33,800 nt of DNA from Candidatus Thorarchaeota archaeon (GTDB lineage Archaea > Asgardarchaeota > Thorarchaeia > Thorarchaeales > Thorarchaeaceae). Made by a program: the position numbers and the translations under genes. The stretch spans positions 1 through 33,800 of the forward strand of contig JAWOEX010000007.1 in NCBI GenBank assembly GCA_046482545.1. Reading direction: 5' to 3'. Shown here piece after piece: positions 1 to 10,157 of the stretch (positions are counted from its first letter, which is position 1; the number at the start of each line of letters is the position of its first letter). The notes under the pieces were generated by a model, which saw only the letters and a program-made list of their open reading frames with translations, was not told the origin of the DNA and did not search any database.

Positions 1-2045
1 AGGGTGTTGATGCTTGGGCCCGCGGTGTCCTTGAACGGGTCCCCTATCATGTCCCCAAGTATCGCAGCTTCCGCAACCTCGTACCACTCCTCAGTATCCT
101 TCTCGTATTTGTCGTATTCTGGCGATTCTATGATCTTCTTGGTGTTATCCCATGCACCACCGGAGTTATCCATGAGTAGTGCGAGGATGAACCCGATGAT
201 GACTGCACCACCAAGATAGGCGGCCAGGGCTTGGAGTCCGAGAATTGCTCCAGTAAGGATAGTGACGCCAATGGACAGTATTGTACCTGGCATCAGTTCT
301 TTGATTGCACCAGTTGTTGCGATTCCAATACAGGCGTCGTAGTCGGGTTTGGAGGTACCTTCGAGTATGCCTGGATCCTCATCGAACTGTCTTCGAATTT
401 CCCTGATTACCCTCCCGCTGTTCTCCTGAACACCGAGAATAAGAATGGCTGAGAATACCGGGGGAATCAGAGACCCGATGAAAGCTCCCGCAAGGATGAA
501 TGGATCTGCTATATTGACAACTCGTCCTATGCCTGCTGTTTCTATGAATGCGGAAAACAGTGCAAGCACAGAAATAGCAGAGGCACCAATTGCGAACCCT
601 TTCGTTATCGCCTTGGTTGTGTTACCACTTGCATCTAGTTTGTCACAGGCAACTACTGCTTCGTGAGGAGCTTGTGCTTGTTCGATTACGCCTCTTGCAT
701 TATCTACAATCGGGCCATAGGCATCTGTAGACATAATGAATCCATTGGTAGACAGCAGGCCTACTGCGGCAATTGCGACCGCATATATTCCGCCTGACCA
801 TCCGCCAAGTCCGGGTGTTGTTGCATTTGCGCCAAGAATGAAGGATAGCACCATGGCTGCAACAACGCCGAGGACAGATGGCACTGCACTCAACAGTCCA
901 TAGGAATACCCTGATAGAATAAGACTAGCAGGGCTTTCATCTGCTGCATCAACCATGTTGAGAACTGGTTTGAATGAGCCAACCCCACGGTCGCTTGTGA
1001 ACACATCAGAGGTGAACCCGATGACAACACCACCAAGGAGTCCGAGTATGGCTGAAAGAGCCAGCACCAGGTTAGATCCTAGAAGGTAGATTACCAACGT
1101 AGCAAGGACTGCAAATAGTATCGTGGTAAGGTAAGTTCCCCTGTTCAATGCTGGTCCGGGATCTTCTCCTTCTTTCGGTCGCACTAAAAACACTCCGATC
1201 ACTGAGGCTATTGTGCCAATGCCTGCAAGCATCAATGGTAGCAGGCCGAAGGAGATGGTAGTTGGTGTAACAGCATCAATAGATGCTCCAAGAATAGCTG
1301 CACCAAGAATTGCAGCGACATTACTATCAAAAATATCTGCACCACTTCCTGCGACATCTCCTACGTTATCACCAACCGCATCTGCAACAGCGGCGGGATT
1401 ACGTGGATCGTCTTCTGGGATATGGTGTTCAATCTTTCCTACAATATCCGCTGCAATATCAGCAGTTTTGGTATATATACCGCCGCCGGCTTTAGCAAAC
1501 AGAGCAACAGTACTAGCACCGAAGCTGAAACCAACAACGATTTCCCACAGCTTAGGAGTGCCAGCCACTGGAAATACGAATTCCCATACCATATAGAGAA
1601 TTCCCAGCCCTATGAGGGCAAGCCCAGCTATACACAAGCCCATGAATGAGCCAGCTCTGAAAGCAACCTTAAAGGCGGCATTAAGACCTCCTTTGTTTGC
1701 GGCTGCTGCTGTTCGTCGATTAGCTCTTGTTGCGACGATGATTCCAAGGTAACCAGCTATCATACTCGCTAAAGATCCAATGATGTAGGAGACCGCAATG
1801 GGTACGGAGTATGGCCATTCGAATACAATAGCGATTATCGCCGCCAATACAAGAGTGAACGCGGTGAGCAGCTTGTACTGCCTTTTGATGAATGAGTACG
1901 CCCCGTTTTCAATATAGGAGCTTACCTCTCTCATCCGTTCGCTGCCCTCATCTGCTTTTTCATTTTCTTGAAAAATCCAGATGGCAACGATAACGGCAAG
2001 CAAACCAGCTGCAATTGCTGTTCCGATGAATAAAGGGTCTGCCAT
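1..2045 (-). CDS. hppA: Membrane-bound ion-translocating pyrophosphatase, K+-independent type (3' end runs off the window)
   Basis: Missing from the ORF track because the stop lies outside the window. Manual translation: MADPLFIGTAIAAGLLAV..., GGIYTKTADIAADIVGK, IPEDDPRNP, GDNVGDVAG, LDASGNTTKAITKGFAIG, GDMIGDPFKDTAGPSINTL. Confidence 0.96.
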   Translation of the reverse strand, partial: MADPLFIGTAIAAGLLAVIVAIWIFQENEKADEGSERMREVSSYIENGAYSFIKRQYKLLTAFTLVLAAIIAIVFEWPYSVPIAVSYIIGSLASMIAGYLGIIVATRANRRTAAAANKGGLNAAFKVAFRAGSFMGLCIAGLALIGLGILYMVWEFVFPVAGTPKLWEIVVGFSFGASTVALFAKAGGGIYTKTADIAADIVGKIEHHIPEDDPRNPAAVADAVGDNVGDVAGSGADIFDSNVAAILGAAILGASIDAVTPTTISFGLLPLMLAGIGTIASVIGVFLVRPKEGEDPGPALNRGTYLTTILFAVLATLVIYLLGSNLVLALSAILGLLGGVVIGFTSDVFTSDRGVGSFKPVLNMVDAADESPASLILSGYSYGLLSAVPSVLGVVAAMVLSFILGANATTPGLGGWSGGIYAVAIAAVGLLSTNGFIMSTDAYGPIVDNARGVIEQAQAPHEAVVACDKLDASGNTTKAITKGFAIGASAISVLALFSAFIETAGIGRVVNIADPFILAGAFIGSLIPPVFSAILILGVQENSGRVIREIRRQFDEDPGILEGTSKPDYDACIGIATTGAIKELMPGTILSIGVTILTGAILGLQALAAYLGGAVIIGFILALLMDNSGGAWDNTKKIIESPEYDKYEKDTEEWYEVAEAAILGDMIGDPFKDTAGPSINT

Positions 2046-2207
2046 TTGTTGTCACTTGGAAAAGTTGGCTAGGACTATCCCATAAGAGACTTTTGGATTA
2101 GATAGGCGATTCGCAAAATGAGCGAGAATTTTCTTGGCGTATATCTTGGCTTAATAGCTCACTTTATTGGGTACCGTGGAAATGTCCGGCAAGGAGAACA
2201 AACAGCT

Positions 2208-3095
2208 TTGAGGTTCGGAATTGTCCCACTAGAATTTGAGCCTGCTGCCAAGTTGGTCATTGGAAACGGCACACCCGACTTCTCACGGTTTGATGTTGTT
2301 GAACTTATCCGTTCTGCTCTGAAAATTGAACACATAGAGGTCATAGAAATAACATTGGATGTACCCCATCTGATTCCAGGATCTGTCACGACTGAGACTA
2401 TCAGTAGCCTCATAGAACTGCGAGAGAAAACAGGATGCTCCTACACAGCCCACCTTCCATTATGGTCACTGGAACTGGCTAGTCCCAACGAGTATGTACG
2501 CAAGGGCAGTGTAGAGAGCACCGTTGCTGCAGTGGAACTCATGGAACCCTTAGAACCAGAATACTATGTCTTGCATTCGACGGGTGCATTGGCCGCTGAG
2601 TTCTCTCGTCTCGAATTCCCCCAGAACATAATGGATATCTTTTCTTCATTCATGGCAGGATTTTCTGCTCAAAGCATCGAGGAGATACTGGAGCAAACCG
2701 GCTTGAATCCACACCGTTTAGCTGTGGAAAACATCGAGTTTCCCTTTAGTCATACCCGGCAAGTAATTGATGAGTACGATTGCAGCATCTGTTTTGATAC
2801 TGGCCATCTGTTGACAAAATTTTCAGGTGATGAGCCCGTGGTTGATTTTTACAGAGAACATCGGGATCGCATTGTTGAAATCCATCTTAACGACGGAAGC
2901 TACCGGGAATGCGATGGCGTTGCGGTGCATGAGGATCATCTGGCGCTTGGCGACGGTGAGATGCCTGTACGAGAATTTGTCTCAGAGATTTACAATGATA
3001 GTTTTGACGGTCCGCTGATTTTCGAGCTCACCACAGAGCAGGCTCGACGCTCCCTTGAGTTGATTACAGAGCTGGTGCCTGAAGCACTTGAATAA
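2208..3095 (+). CDS. TIM-barrel AP-endonuclease-2/sugar-phosphate isomerase family protein (possibly CbiR-like)
   Basis: Motifs YTAHLPL, ENIEFPF, CFDTGHL, EIHLND, EDHL, FEL. Likely TTG start at 2208 after AAGGAG; the ORF track extends to 2118. Confidence 0.75.
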   Translation: MRFGIVPLEFEPAAKLVIGNGTPDFSRFDVVELIRSALKIEHIEVIEITLDVPHLIPGSVTTETISSLIELREKTGCSYTAHLPLWSLELASPNEYVRKGSVESTVAAVELMEPLEPEYYVLHSTGALAAEFSRLEFPQNIMDIFSSFMAGFSAQSIEEILEQTGLNPHRLAVENIEFPFSHTRQVIDEYDCSICFDTGHLLTKFSGDEPVVDFYREHRDRIVEIHLNDGSYRECDGVAVHEDHLALGDGEMPVREFVSEIYNDSFDGPLIFELTTEQARRSLELITELVPEALE

Positions 3096-3112
3096 CCCAA
3101 TGAGAGAATGAA

Positions 3113-3190
3113 TGGTGGGCCCGGGGTGATTTGAACACCCGGCCCCCGCCTTATCAGAGCGGTGCAATAACCAGTCTATGCCACGGGCCC
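3113..3190 (-). tRNA. tRNA-Ile(GAT), CCA encoded
   Basis: Reverse complement GGGCCCG...CCGCT-CTGATAA-GGCGG...GGGTG-TTCAAAT-CACCC-CGGGCCC-ACCA folds into a cloverleaf. Confidence 0.96.
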
Positions 3191-3347
3191 AATACTTTCG
3201 GTGGTGTTGCTGACACGGTACCCCTCGTTCTTGATAAAAAGGTTATGAATGTGAAGATTCTCCTTATTGTAATTACAAACGAGAAGGTCATATAACCCCG
3301 AGGTCTTATTCATTCTCCTAGTTGCTACGTGTACATTGGTGGTACAG

Positions 3348-3815
3348 ATGTCTCCAGAAGAGAACCCTGAAGGAAGAAAAGTAGAGGATATGGCAAACCG
3401 CCTTGAAATCGCCATGACTGAGGGCCAAAAGAATCCAAGAGCAAACGGTGAACTGAATGATTTGAACAGCATGAGCGAACTGCAAGAATTGAGAAAATTT
3501 CGTACTGCAATCGTTGAATTCTATCGACGAGACTGCCCTTACTGCGAGCGTCTTATGCCCATACTGGAGGAGCTCGCATCAGACTACCAAGAAAAGGTAT
3601 ATTTCGGCAGGATAAACGTCGACGATGTTGAGGATACAAGAGAGAGATTCGATGTGTTTGGGGTACCTCTTGTCGTTGCCCTGAAACGAGGTATGCCCAT
3701 TGCGCGGATTGAGGGATTCCACGAAATCGATGTATATGACCAGTGGATTTCGATAATTCACAGCGGGCTTCGGCCGATGGATGTGACATCGGGATTGGAG
3801 ACTCAGATGCTCTAG
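3348..3815 (+). CDS. Thioredoxin family protein
   Basis: VEFYRRDCPYC active site and downstream V-P cis-proline loop (GVPL). Confidence 0.88.
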   Translation: MSPEENPEGRKVEDMANRLEIAMTEGQKNPRANGELNDLNSMSELQELRKFRTAIVEFYRRDCPYCERLMPILEELASDYQEKVYFGRINVDDVEDTRERFDVFGVPLVVALKRGMPIARIEGFHEIDVYDQWISIIHSGLRPMDVTSGLETQML

Positions 3816-3819
3816 ATGG

Positions 3820-5706
3820 CTATAGTTTGAGCTTGAACACGTATTCTGAATCAGCAACTGATAGCCTACTCTCGATGACCTTACCGGTTTGATGCAGGAA
3901 TCGAATCATCGGCTGGTTACGTGGATGGACATAGGCCACAAATTTGTCTACGCCCTTGCTTTTGGCGATACGCATCAAATGATTAAGAATGAACGTCCCG
4001 ATGCCCCTGCTCTGATATTGGTCTTGCACAACCAGAGCGAACTCGGCCTCGTTCGTACTTCTATTCAGCAAATATCTTCCTGCTCCGATGATTTTCTCAG
4101 ATTCTCCTTCTACATCTGGCCTAATTGTTGCTACTATTGATATATCACGTTCTTGGTCTACATCATAAAACTGCTGAAGGGTCTGTCTCCGTATAGACTT
4201 GAGCGGTGACAAGAACCTGAAGAATATACTCTCTTCAGATAAATCGTAGAAAAGGTCCTTTATCCGGTCCGTATCATCTGGTCGTATCAATCTCAATCGT
4301 ACGTTGATTTCCTTCCCTTCGGGACCCTTGAATGTATCCTGTACTTCGTATTCTGAAGCGAAATACGTGCCTTTCGTCTGGAATGGTACTTGATCTTCAA
4401 AGACATACTGCATCTTTTTCGCTGTTTCAAGTAAATCGTTTCTGTAATCGGGGTGGGCGATTGCAATGAGTGAAAGCACGCGCTCACGTATTGTTTTGCC
4501 ATGCAAGGTGGCCAGTCCATACTCGGTAACAACATAGTCAACATCGCCACGTGTTGTTACTACCCCCGCCCCCTCGCTCAACCTAGGAACAATACGGGAC
4601 ACCTTTCCACTCTTGGCCGTCGATGGCATGCAGATAATCGCCCGACCATTGGGCGACCTAGCTGCCCCTCGGATGAAGTCAACTTGCCCGCCAATTCCGC
4701 TATAGAACTCGTGTCCTATCGAGTCGGCACACACTTGTCCGGTAAGGTCTATTTCCAGAGCTGAGTTAATTGCTACCATCTTGTTGTTCTGCCCTATGAT
4801 GTACGGATCATTCACATACTCGGATGGACGAAATTCGAAAAATGGATTCTCGTCAACATAATTATAGAGACTCTCCGAGCCCATGACAAAGCTGGCTATG
4901 ACTTTGCCGCGGTGTAAATTCTTCTTCTTACAGGTTATCACACCCTCCTCTATCAGCGGAATCAGGCTGTCACTAAACATCTCCGTATGGATGCCAAGGT
5001 CTCTAACCCCTGATTCCAGTAGATTGTTACAAACTGACTGGGGAAGAGCACCGATGCCGAGCTCTAGGGTGGACTCGTTCTCAATGAGTCTGGCAGTATA
5101 TGCACCTATCCTATCAACGACTTCGGTTATCTCAGCAGATTCGAAGTAACGTAGCGGTTCGTTGAAAGGGACGAGATAATCAATGTCGCGCACGTTGAGG
5201 AACGTATCCCCTAGTGTGATTGGCATTCTATTGTTTACTTGGGCAATAATCACGTCGGCACTTTCAGCCCCGGACTTGGTGATGTCCACCGAGATTCCGA
5301 GTGAACAGTAGCCATGTTCGTCAGGTGGGCTAACTTGAATGAGGGCGACATCGATAGGCATTCGCCTTCTTCTGAAGAGGTTGGGGATGTCACTTAACAT
5401 GATTGGCGTATAGTCCGCTCTGCCCTCGGCTACAGCGTCACGCATATTCTCGCTGATGAAGAAGGAATTGTGCCTGAATTGCTCTTGGAATTGGGGATCA
5501 GCAGAAGGTGTATCCCCTAGAGTCAGTAAATGTACTATCTCATTATCGGCCATATGAGCAGCGCTTTTCGCAAGCTGTTGGACTAGATGATACGGTACTC
5601 CACAGCCGGTACCTAGAAAGATTCGCTCCCCTCGCTTGATTTTCTTGATAGCTTTTGCGGCACTCAAGATTTTGTCGCTGTGCTTCTCCTTCCAATTTTC
5701 CGGCAT
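3820..5706 (-). CDS. Acetyl-CoA hydrolase/4-hydroxybutyrate CoA-transferase family domain fused to a C-terminal Pat-type GNAT acetyltransferase
   Basis: LGIHTEM (catalytic Glu), YSGIGGQVDFIRGA, VVTEYG; C-terminal LRLIRPDD...EAEFALVVQDQYQSRGIGT. Start MPENW at 5706 after GAGGT. Confidence 0.92.
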   Translation of the reverse strand: MPENWKEKHSDKILSAAKAIKKIKRGERIFLGTGCGVPYHLVQQLAKSAAHMADNEIVHLLTLGDTPSADPQFQEQFRHNSFFISENMRDAVAEGRADYTPIMLSDIPNLFRRRRMPIDVALIQVSPPDEHGYCSLGISVDITKSGAESADVIIAQVNNRMPITLGDTFLNVRDIDYLVPFNEPLRYFESAEITEVVDRIGAYTARLIENESTLELGIGALPQSVCNNLLESGVRDLGIHTEMFSDSLIPLIEEGVITCKKKNLHRGKVIASFVMGSESLYNYVDENPFFEFRPSEYVNDPYIIGQNNKMVAINSALEIDLTGQVCADSIGHEFYSGIGGQVDFIRGAARSPNGRAIICMPSTAKSGKVSRIVPRLSEGAGVVTTRGDVDYVVTEYGLATLHGKTIRERVLSLIAIAHPDYRNDLLETAKKMQYVFEDQVPFQTKGTYFASEYEVQDTFKGPEGKEINVRLRLIRPDDTDRIKDLFYDLSEESIFFRFLSPLKSIRRQTLQQFYDVDQERDISIVATIRPDVEGESEKIIGAGRYLLNRSTNEAEFALVVQDQYQSRGIGTFILNHLMRIAKSKGVDKFVAYVHPRNQPMIRFLHQTGKVIESRLSVADSEYVFKLKL

Positions 5707-5904
5707 GTATGTTACCTCGGTTTCTACGAATATTCGATTTCGCGTGCACATATAGACGTTTCCAACCGGAAGTGCACTATTTGTAAAGGCTGATTATTCT
5801 GCTCTTCAAAAAATCTGGGCTATTCCTTTCGGGGGAAGGAATAAATAGCGGCCAAAAACCTATCGGTCAAAATATGCACCTACTCTGTACGAGGTGGAGA
5901 TAAA

Positions 5905-6486
5905 ATGTCAGATGAATTAGCCAACCCGGCCCCGCTAGGACTGATTGGTTTCGGTATGACTACGGTTCTCCTGAACTTGAGAACTGCTGGTCTCATCGCA
6001 TCCAGTACCAGTCTGGGCATGATTTTCGCCATGGGCATCTTCTATGGCGGATTCGCTCAGATTATTGCGGGTCTAATGGAATTCAGAAAGGGGAATACAT
6101 TCGGCACTGTTGCATTCACATCATACGGTCTCTTCTGGATGACCTTCGTATTTCTGCATGTGTTTGCATCACTTGATCCAGCTTGGGCAGCGGCCGTGGA
6201 CAAAGGCTCCATGTCTGCGTACCTATTTTGTTGGGGTGTTTTCACTTTCCTCATGTTCTTTGGTACCTTGAAGACCAACCGTATGCTTCAGATTGTCTTC
6301 TTCACCCTGTTCGTTCTTTTCTTCATGCTATCTGCTGCTGACCTTCTCACTTATGTCGGTTTAACAGATGCAGGCTCAGCATTGGCAGCTGCGGCTGGAA
6401 TTGAAGGGGTATTCTGTGGTGGTAGTGCATTCTACCTCGCTATGGCTGAAGTAAATGGCTGGCCAATATTCCCTGTTGAAGAATGA
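5905..6486 (+). CDS. satP: Acetate uptake channel, SatP/GPR1-FUN34-YaaH family
   Basis: Signature ANPAPLGLIGFG and SYGLFW, about six hydrophobic segments; SD GAGGTG upstream. Confidence 0.93.
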   Translation: MSDELANPAPLGLIGFGMTTVLLNLRTAGLIASSTSLGMIFAMGIFYGGFAQIIAGLMEFRKGNTFGTVAFTSYGLFWMTFVFLHVFASLDPAWAAAVDKGSMSAYLFCWGVFTFLMFFGTLKTNRMLQIVFFTLFVLFFMLSAADLLTYVGLTDAGSALAAAAGIEGVFCGGSAFYLAMAEVNGWPIFPVEE

Positions 6487-6499
6487 GATCAAAACGGGC

Positions 6500-6547
6500 A
6501 GAGCTGCCCCAACTAAAGGGCAGTCTCTCCCAATCTTTCCTTTTTTT
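6500..6547 (+). terminator. Hairpin plus T-tract after satP
   Basis: CTGCCC/GGGCAG stem followed by TCTTTCCTTTTTTT. Confidence 0.6.
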
Positions 6548-6669
6548 GAACAATTGATGGTTTCTTCCAGCCTTGCCTGATATGGCGTAAGGGGGTATCC
6601 ATCTCGTCATCAGAATGCAACTATTACAGTCACCTCTTCCCCCTCCGGGAAGAAGTTTTCGGACAATGG

Positions 6670-6811
6670 GGCCCTGGGTAAAAAGTCATACCAACATATC
6701 GGAGTGATTCATATTATTGTTCCTGATTGTCAGGATCCGTGCGTGTGAATAGCGAATTGACATCTCATTTGACCTTCTCACAACAATTCCGCCTACTTTT
6801 TCCACAGAGCT
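6670..6811 (-). mobile_element. MITE copy 1 (142 bp), IS5-family IS903-group-like ends
   Basis: Imperfect 18-bp TIRs (GGCCCTGGGTAAAAAGTC / AGCTCTGTGGAAAAAGTA), flanking 9-bp direct repeats GGACAATGG (6661-6669) and GGGCAATGG (6812-6820); about 83% identical by hand alignment to 32177-32320. Confidence 0.85.
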
Positions 6812-6884
6812 GGGCAATGGATAAGCTTCATAAAGGCTAAATTCTGCCAACGACAAAAGCTATCGACCGTACATCAGGTGCTTA

Positions 6885-8876
6885 ATGATGTCTGAGGAAA
6901 AGAAGATCCAAGTAGTCATGGACGAAGATCGGAGATTCACGCCTCCTGACAGCTTCCGCAAAAAGGCTTACATAAATAGCCACGAAGAGCGAATGAAGCT
7001 GTGGAAGGAGAGCTTGGAAAACACCGACGAGTTCTGGCTTGATATTGCGAAAGATTTGTGCTACTGGAAAAAGGAACCGACCAAGGGTTTTGACTGGAAA
7101 GATCCTGAAGAAGCCCGTTTCACATGGTTCGAGGACGGTGTTACGAACATGGCCTACAACTGCCTTGACAAACATGTCGAGGCTGGAAAGGGAGACCAGG
7201 TTGCACTCATTTGGCAGGGAGAACCCCTTGATGAGTCGAAGACCTACACCTACAGTGAACTTCTCTCAGAGGTGAACAAGGCTGCTAACGTCCTGAAGAA
7301 CCTTGGTGTGGGGAAGGGTGACAGAGTCGCCATGTATATGCCGATGATTCCTGAACTTGCTATCATCATGATGGCATGTGTACGGATTGGTGCTGTCCAC
7401 AGTATTGTTTTTGGAGGATTCAGTTCCGAATCTGTGAAGGACAGAATCCTTGACTGTAATGCAGAGATTCTTATCACATCAGACGGTTACTATCGTAGTG
7501 GTAAGGAGATTGTGCAGAAGACCAAGGCTGATGAGGCTGTTGAGGACCTAGATATAGTTAAGACGGTCCTTGTTGTCCAGCGTTTGGGCAATGAAGTTCC
7601 ATGGGATGATGACCGTGATGTCTGGTACCACGAGGAATACGAAAATGTAGATGACGAGTGTGAACCAGAATGGATGAATGCTGAGGACCCATTATTCATT
7701 CTCTACACAAGTGGTTCCACAGGAAAACCCAAGGGTGTTCTACACACCGTCGGAGGCTACATGGTCTACACAACAAAAACCTTCTTGGATATTTTCGACT
7801 GGCATGAAGGCGATGTCTACTGGTGCACAGCCGACATCGGGTGGATTACTGGTCACTCCTACATCGTATACGGACCACTAAGCGCTGGTTCCACTTCAAT
7901 GATGTATGAAGGCGCTATCTGGCCCGATCCTGATAGGTTCTGGTTAGAAGTAGACCGCTGGGAGGTTAATCAGTTCTACACTGCTCCAACTGCTATTCGT
8001 GCTCTCATGCGATATGGCGACGAACCAGTTGAGAAACATGACCTTTCAACTCTCAACCTACTCGGTACCGTTGGTGAGCCAATCAATCCTGAGGCATGGC
8101 TATGGTACTACAAGGTTGTCGGCAAGGAGAATTGTCCTATTGTCGATACATACTGGCAGACAGAGACTGGTGGTGTTGTGGTGACACCCTTACCTGGTGC
8201 TGATGACCTCATTCCTGGTAGTGCTACCTTCCCATATCACGGGATTGACCCGATTATCGTTGATGAAACCGGCCAACCGGTTGGTCCCAACGAGGGTGGC
8301 TACCTATGCATCAAGCAACCTTGGCCAGGTCTGATGAGGACAGTATATGGTAACCACCAGAGATTCATCGATACCTATTGGTCACAGTATACGGACCCTG
8401 ACAACGGCAATCCGATGTATTTCACTGGTGATGGTGCTCGTTTCAATGAGGACGGCTACTACTTCATCGTAGGTAGAATCGACGACGTGCTCAAAGTATC
8501 TGGACACAGACTCGGTACCGCAGAAATCGAGTCAGCTCTCGTGTCTCATCCTGCTGTGGCAGAAACAGCTGTTGTGGGATTCCCACACGAAATCAAAGGT
8601 GAGGATATCTATGCCTACATTACACTCAAACAGAGCATAGAGAAAACGGACGAGTTGAAGGATGAGCTGAAGAACCACGTCCGCTCTGAAATCGGTCCGA
8701 TTGCTACACCGGCGAAAATTCAGTTTGCTGATGCCCTTCCCAAGACACGATCAGGGAAAATCATGCGTCGTATCCTGAAGAAAATCGCTGCTGGTGAGGT
8801 AGACGACCTCGGCGACACTACTACCTTGGCTGACCCAACAGTCGTTGAGACTCTTGTCAAGGAACGTGTAGAGTAA
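6885..8876 (+). CDS. acs: AMP-forming acetyl-CoA synthetase
   Basis: YTSGSTGKPKG, TADIGWITGHSY, DTYWQTETG, PKTRSGKIMRR. Confidence 0.97.
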   Translation: MMSEEKKIQVVMDEDRRFTPPDSFRKKAYINSHEERMKLWKESLENTDEFWLDIAKDLCYWKKEPTKGFDWKDPEEARFTWFEDGVTNMAYNCLDKHVEAGKGDQVALIWQGEPLDESKTYTYSELLSEVNKAANVLKNLGVGKGDRVAMYMPMIPELAIIMMACVRIGAVHSIVFGGFSSESVKDRILDCNAEILITSDGYYRSGKEIVQKTKADEAVEDLDIVKTVLVVQRLGNEVPWDDDRDVWYHEEYENVDDECEPEWMNAEDPLFILYTSGSTGKPKGVLHTVGGYMVYTTKTFLDIFDWHEGDVYWCTADIGWITGHSYIVYGPLSAGSTSMMYEGAIWPDPDRFWLEVDRWEVNQFYTAPTAIRALMRYGDEPVEKHDLSTLNLLGTVGEPINPEAWLWYYKVVGKENCPIVDTYWQTETGGVVVTPLPGADDLIPGSATFPYHGIDPIIVDETGQPVGPNEGGYLCIKQPWPGLMRTVYGNHQRFIDTYWSQYTDPDNGNPMYFTGDGARFNEDGYYFIVGRIDDVLKVSGHRLGTAEIESALVSHPAVAETAVVGFPHEIKGEDIYAYITLKQSIEKTDELKDELKNHVRSEIGPIATPAKIQFADALPKTRSGKIMRRILKKIAAGEVDDLGDTTTLADPTVVETLVKERVE

Positions 8877-8887
8877 ATTAGTTCATC

Positions 8888-8922
8888 GGAGGGGCCTCTG
8901 GCCTCTCCCCTTCTTGTTTTTT
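8888..8922 (+). terminator. Hairpin plus T-tract after acs
   Basis: GGAGGGGCC-TCT-GGCCTCTCC stem followed by CCTTCTTGTTTTTT. Confidence 0.65.
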
Positions 8923-9032
8923 CTAGTAATGATTAAGCAATAAGCAACCTCTTTTTCTTGGAGAACCCTTTTCTATTATAGATAGGTCACAATCTTCAAA
9001 ACAAACAGGCCGTTCCTGTTTCAGGAAGAGCC

Positions 9033-10106
9033 ATGTCTATTCTGTTTGAGCCATACCAGATTGGGGATTTGGAGATTAGAAACCGCATCGTTCGAAGTGC
9101 TACAACATCGGCTTACGCTGATGAAGAAGGTCTCGTTCGAGACCTTGCTATTAATCTTTATCGCGACCTTGCGAAAGGAGAGGTTGGCCTGATAATCAAG
9201 GGCCATCTCTATGTCCTAGAAAGTGGGAAGGCCCATAAAGGAATGGCCGGTATTAGCAGTGAGAAACACGTACCCCGATTACATGAGTTGACAGAAGCAG
9301 TACATGAACACGGTGGCAAAATAGCAGCTCAACTCAATCATGCCGGAATCTATCATAAGCAGAATCGGGCTGGGCCTAGCGAATACGAGGGAAACGGCTG
9401 GAAATCAAGAGCTCTTACTGAGCAAGAGATATTGGACATAATACACGCTTTCGGCGACGCTGCTGAACGAGCATTGCGTGCAGGTTTTGATGGAATCCAA
9501 ATTCATGGTGCTCACGGCTACCTGATTTCTCAGTTTCTTAGTAGACTTGTTAACCACCGGCAGGATAAATGGGGCGGAAACCTAGAACACCGCATGCGCC
9601 TGCTGTTGCGTGTATATGATGAGATACGAGAGCGGGTGAAGGACACACCGGTGTTTCTGAAATTGAACTGCGATGATTTCAGTGAAAACGGCTTCACAAT
9701 AAACGACAGCAAGATTGTTGCAACTGCAATGGCCAGACATGGGCTAGATATGCTTGAAATCAGCGGCAATGGTGTTGGCAAGGAGAAGCAGTTCGAATCC
9801 CGCGCAAGTCATGAAAATCTTAAGTTTTCAAACCTTCCTTTTGCGGGCTATGCCGCCGAGATTCGAGAGGCTGCAAAGCCACTACCAACATCTCTTGTGA
9901 ATGGCTTTCGTGAACTTAGTACCATGGAGTATGCAATTGAAGAAGGGATTAGTGACCTAGTCAGCATGAGTCGCCCCTTTATTAGCGAACCAGATCTAGT
10001 CAAGAAACTGAAGCATGGTCAAGAAGAAGTGGATTGCACCCGCTGCGATGCCTGTCTCGGTGAGGATGTCTTTGGTGAGATGATGCTTCGTTGTCATCAG
10101 GACTAA
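9033..10106 (+). CDS. NADH:flavin oxidoreductase (Old Yellow Enzyme family)
   Basis: NRIVRSAT, QLNHAG, GFDGIQIHGAHGYLISQFLS, SRPFISEP, C-terminal CxxCxxC...C. Confidence 0.92.
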   Translation: MSILFEPYQIGDLEIRNRIVRSATTSAYADEEGLVRDLAINLYRDLAKGEVGLIIKGHLYVLESGKAHKGMAGISSEKHVPRLHELTEAVHEHGGKIAAQLNHAGIYHKQNRAGPSEYEGNGWKSRALTEQEILDIIHAFGDAAERALRAGFDGIQIHGAHGYLISQFLSRLVNHRQDKWGGNLEHRMRLLLRVYDEIRERVKDTPVFLKLNCDDFSENGFTINDSKIVATAMARHGLDMLEISGNGVGKEKQFESRASHENLKFSNLPFAGYAAEIREAAKPLPTSLVNGFRELSTMEYAIEEGISDLVSMSRPFISEPDLVKKLKHGQEEVDCTRCDACLGEDVFGEMMLRCHQD

Positions 10107-10157
10107 GGGTACTGAATTGTCGGCCGGTTTTCTAACTGTAATATTTGAAGGCGGCAA

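Noticed and set aside
4-1649. Short plus-strand ORFs in the ORF track
   Set aside because: Antisense shadows of hppA; the same applies to most short ORFs overlapping long genes.
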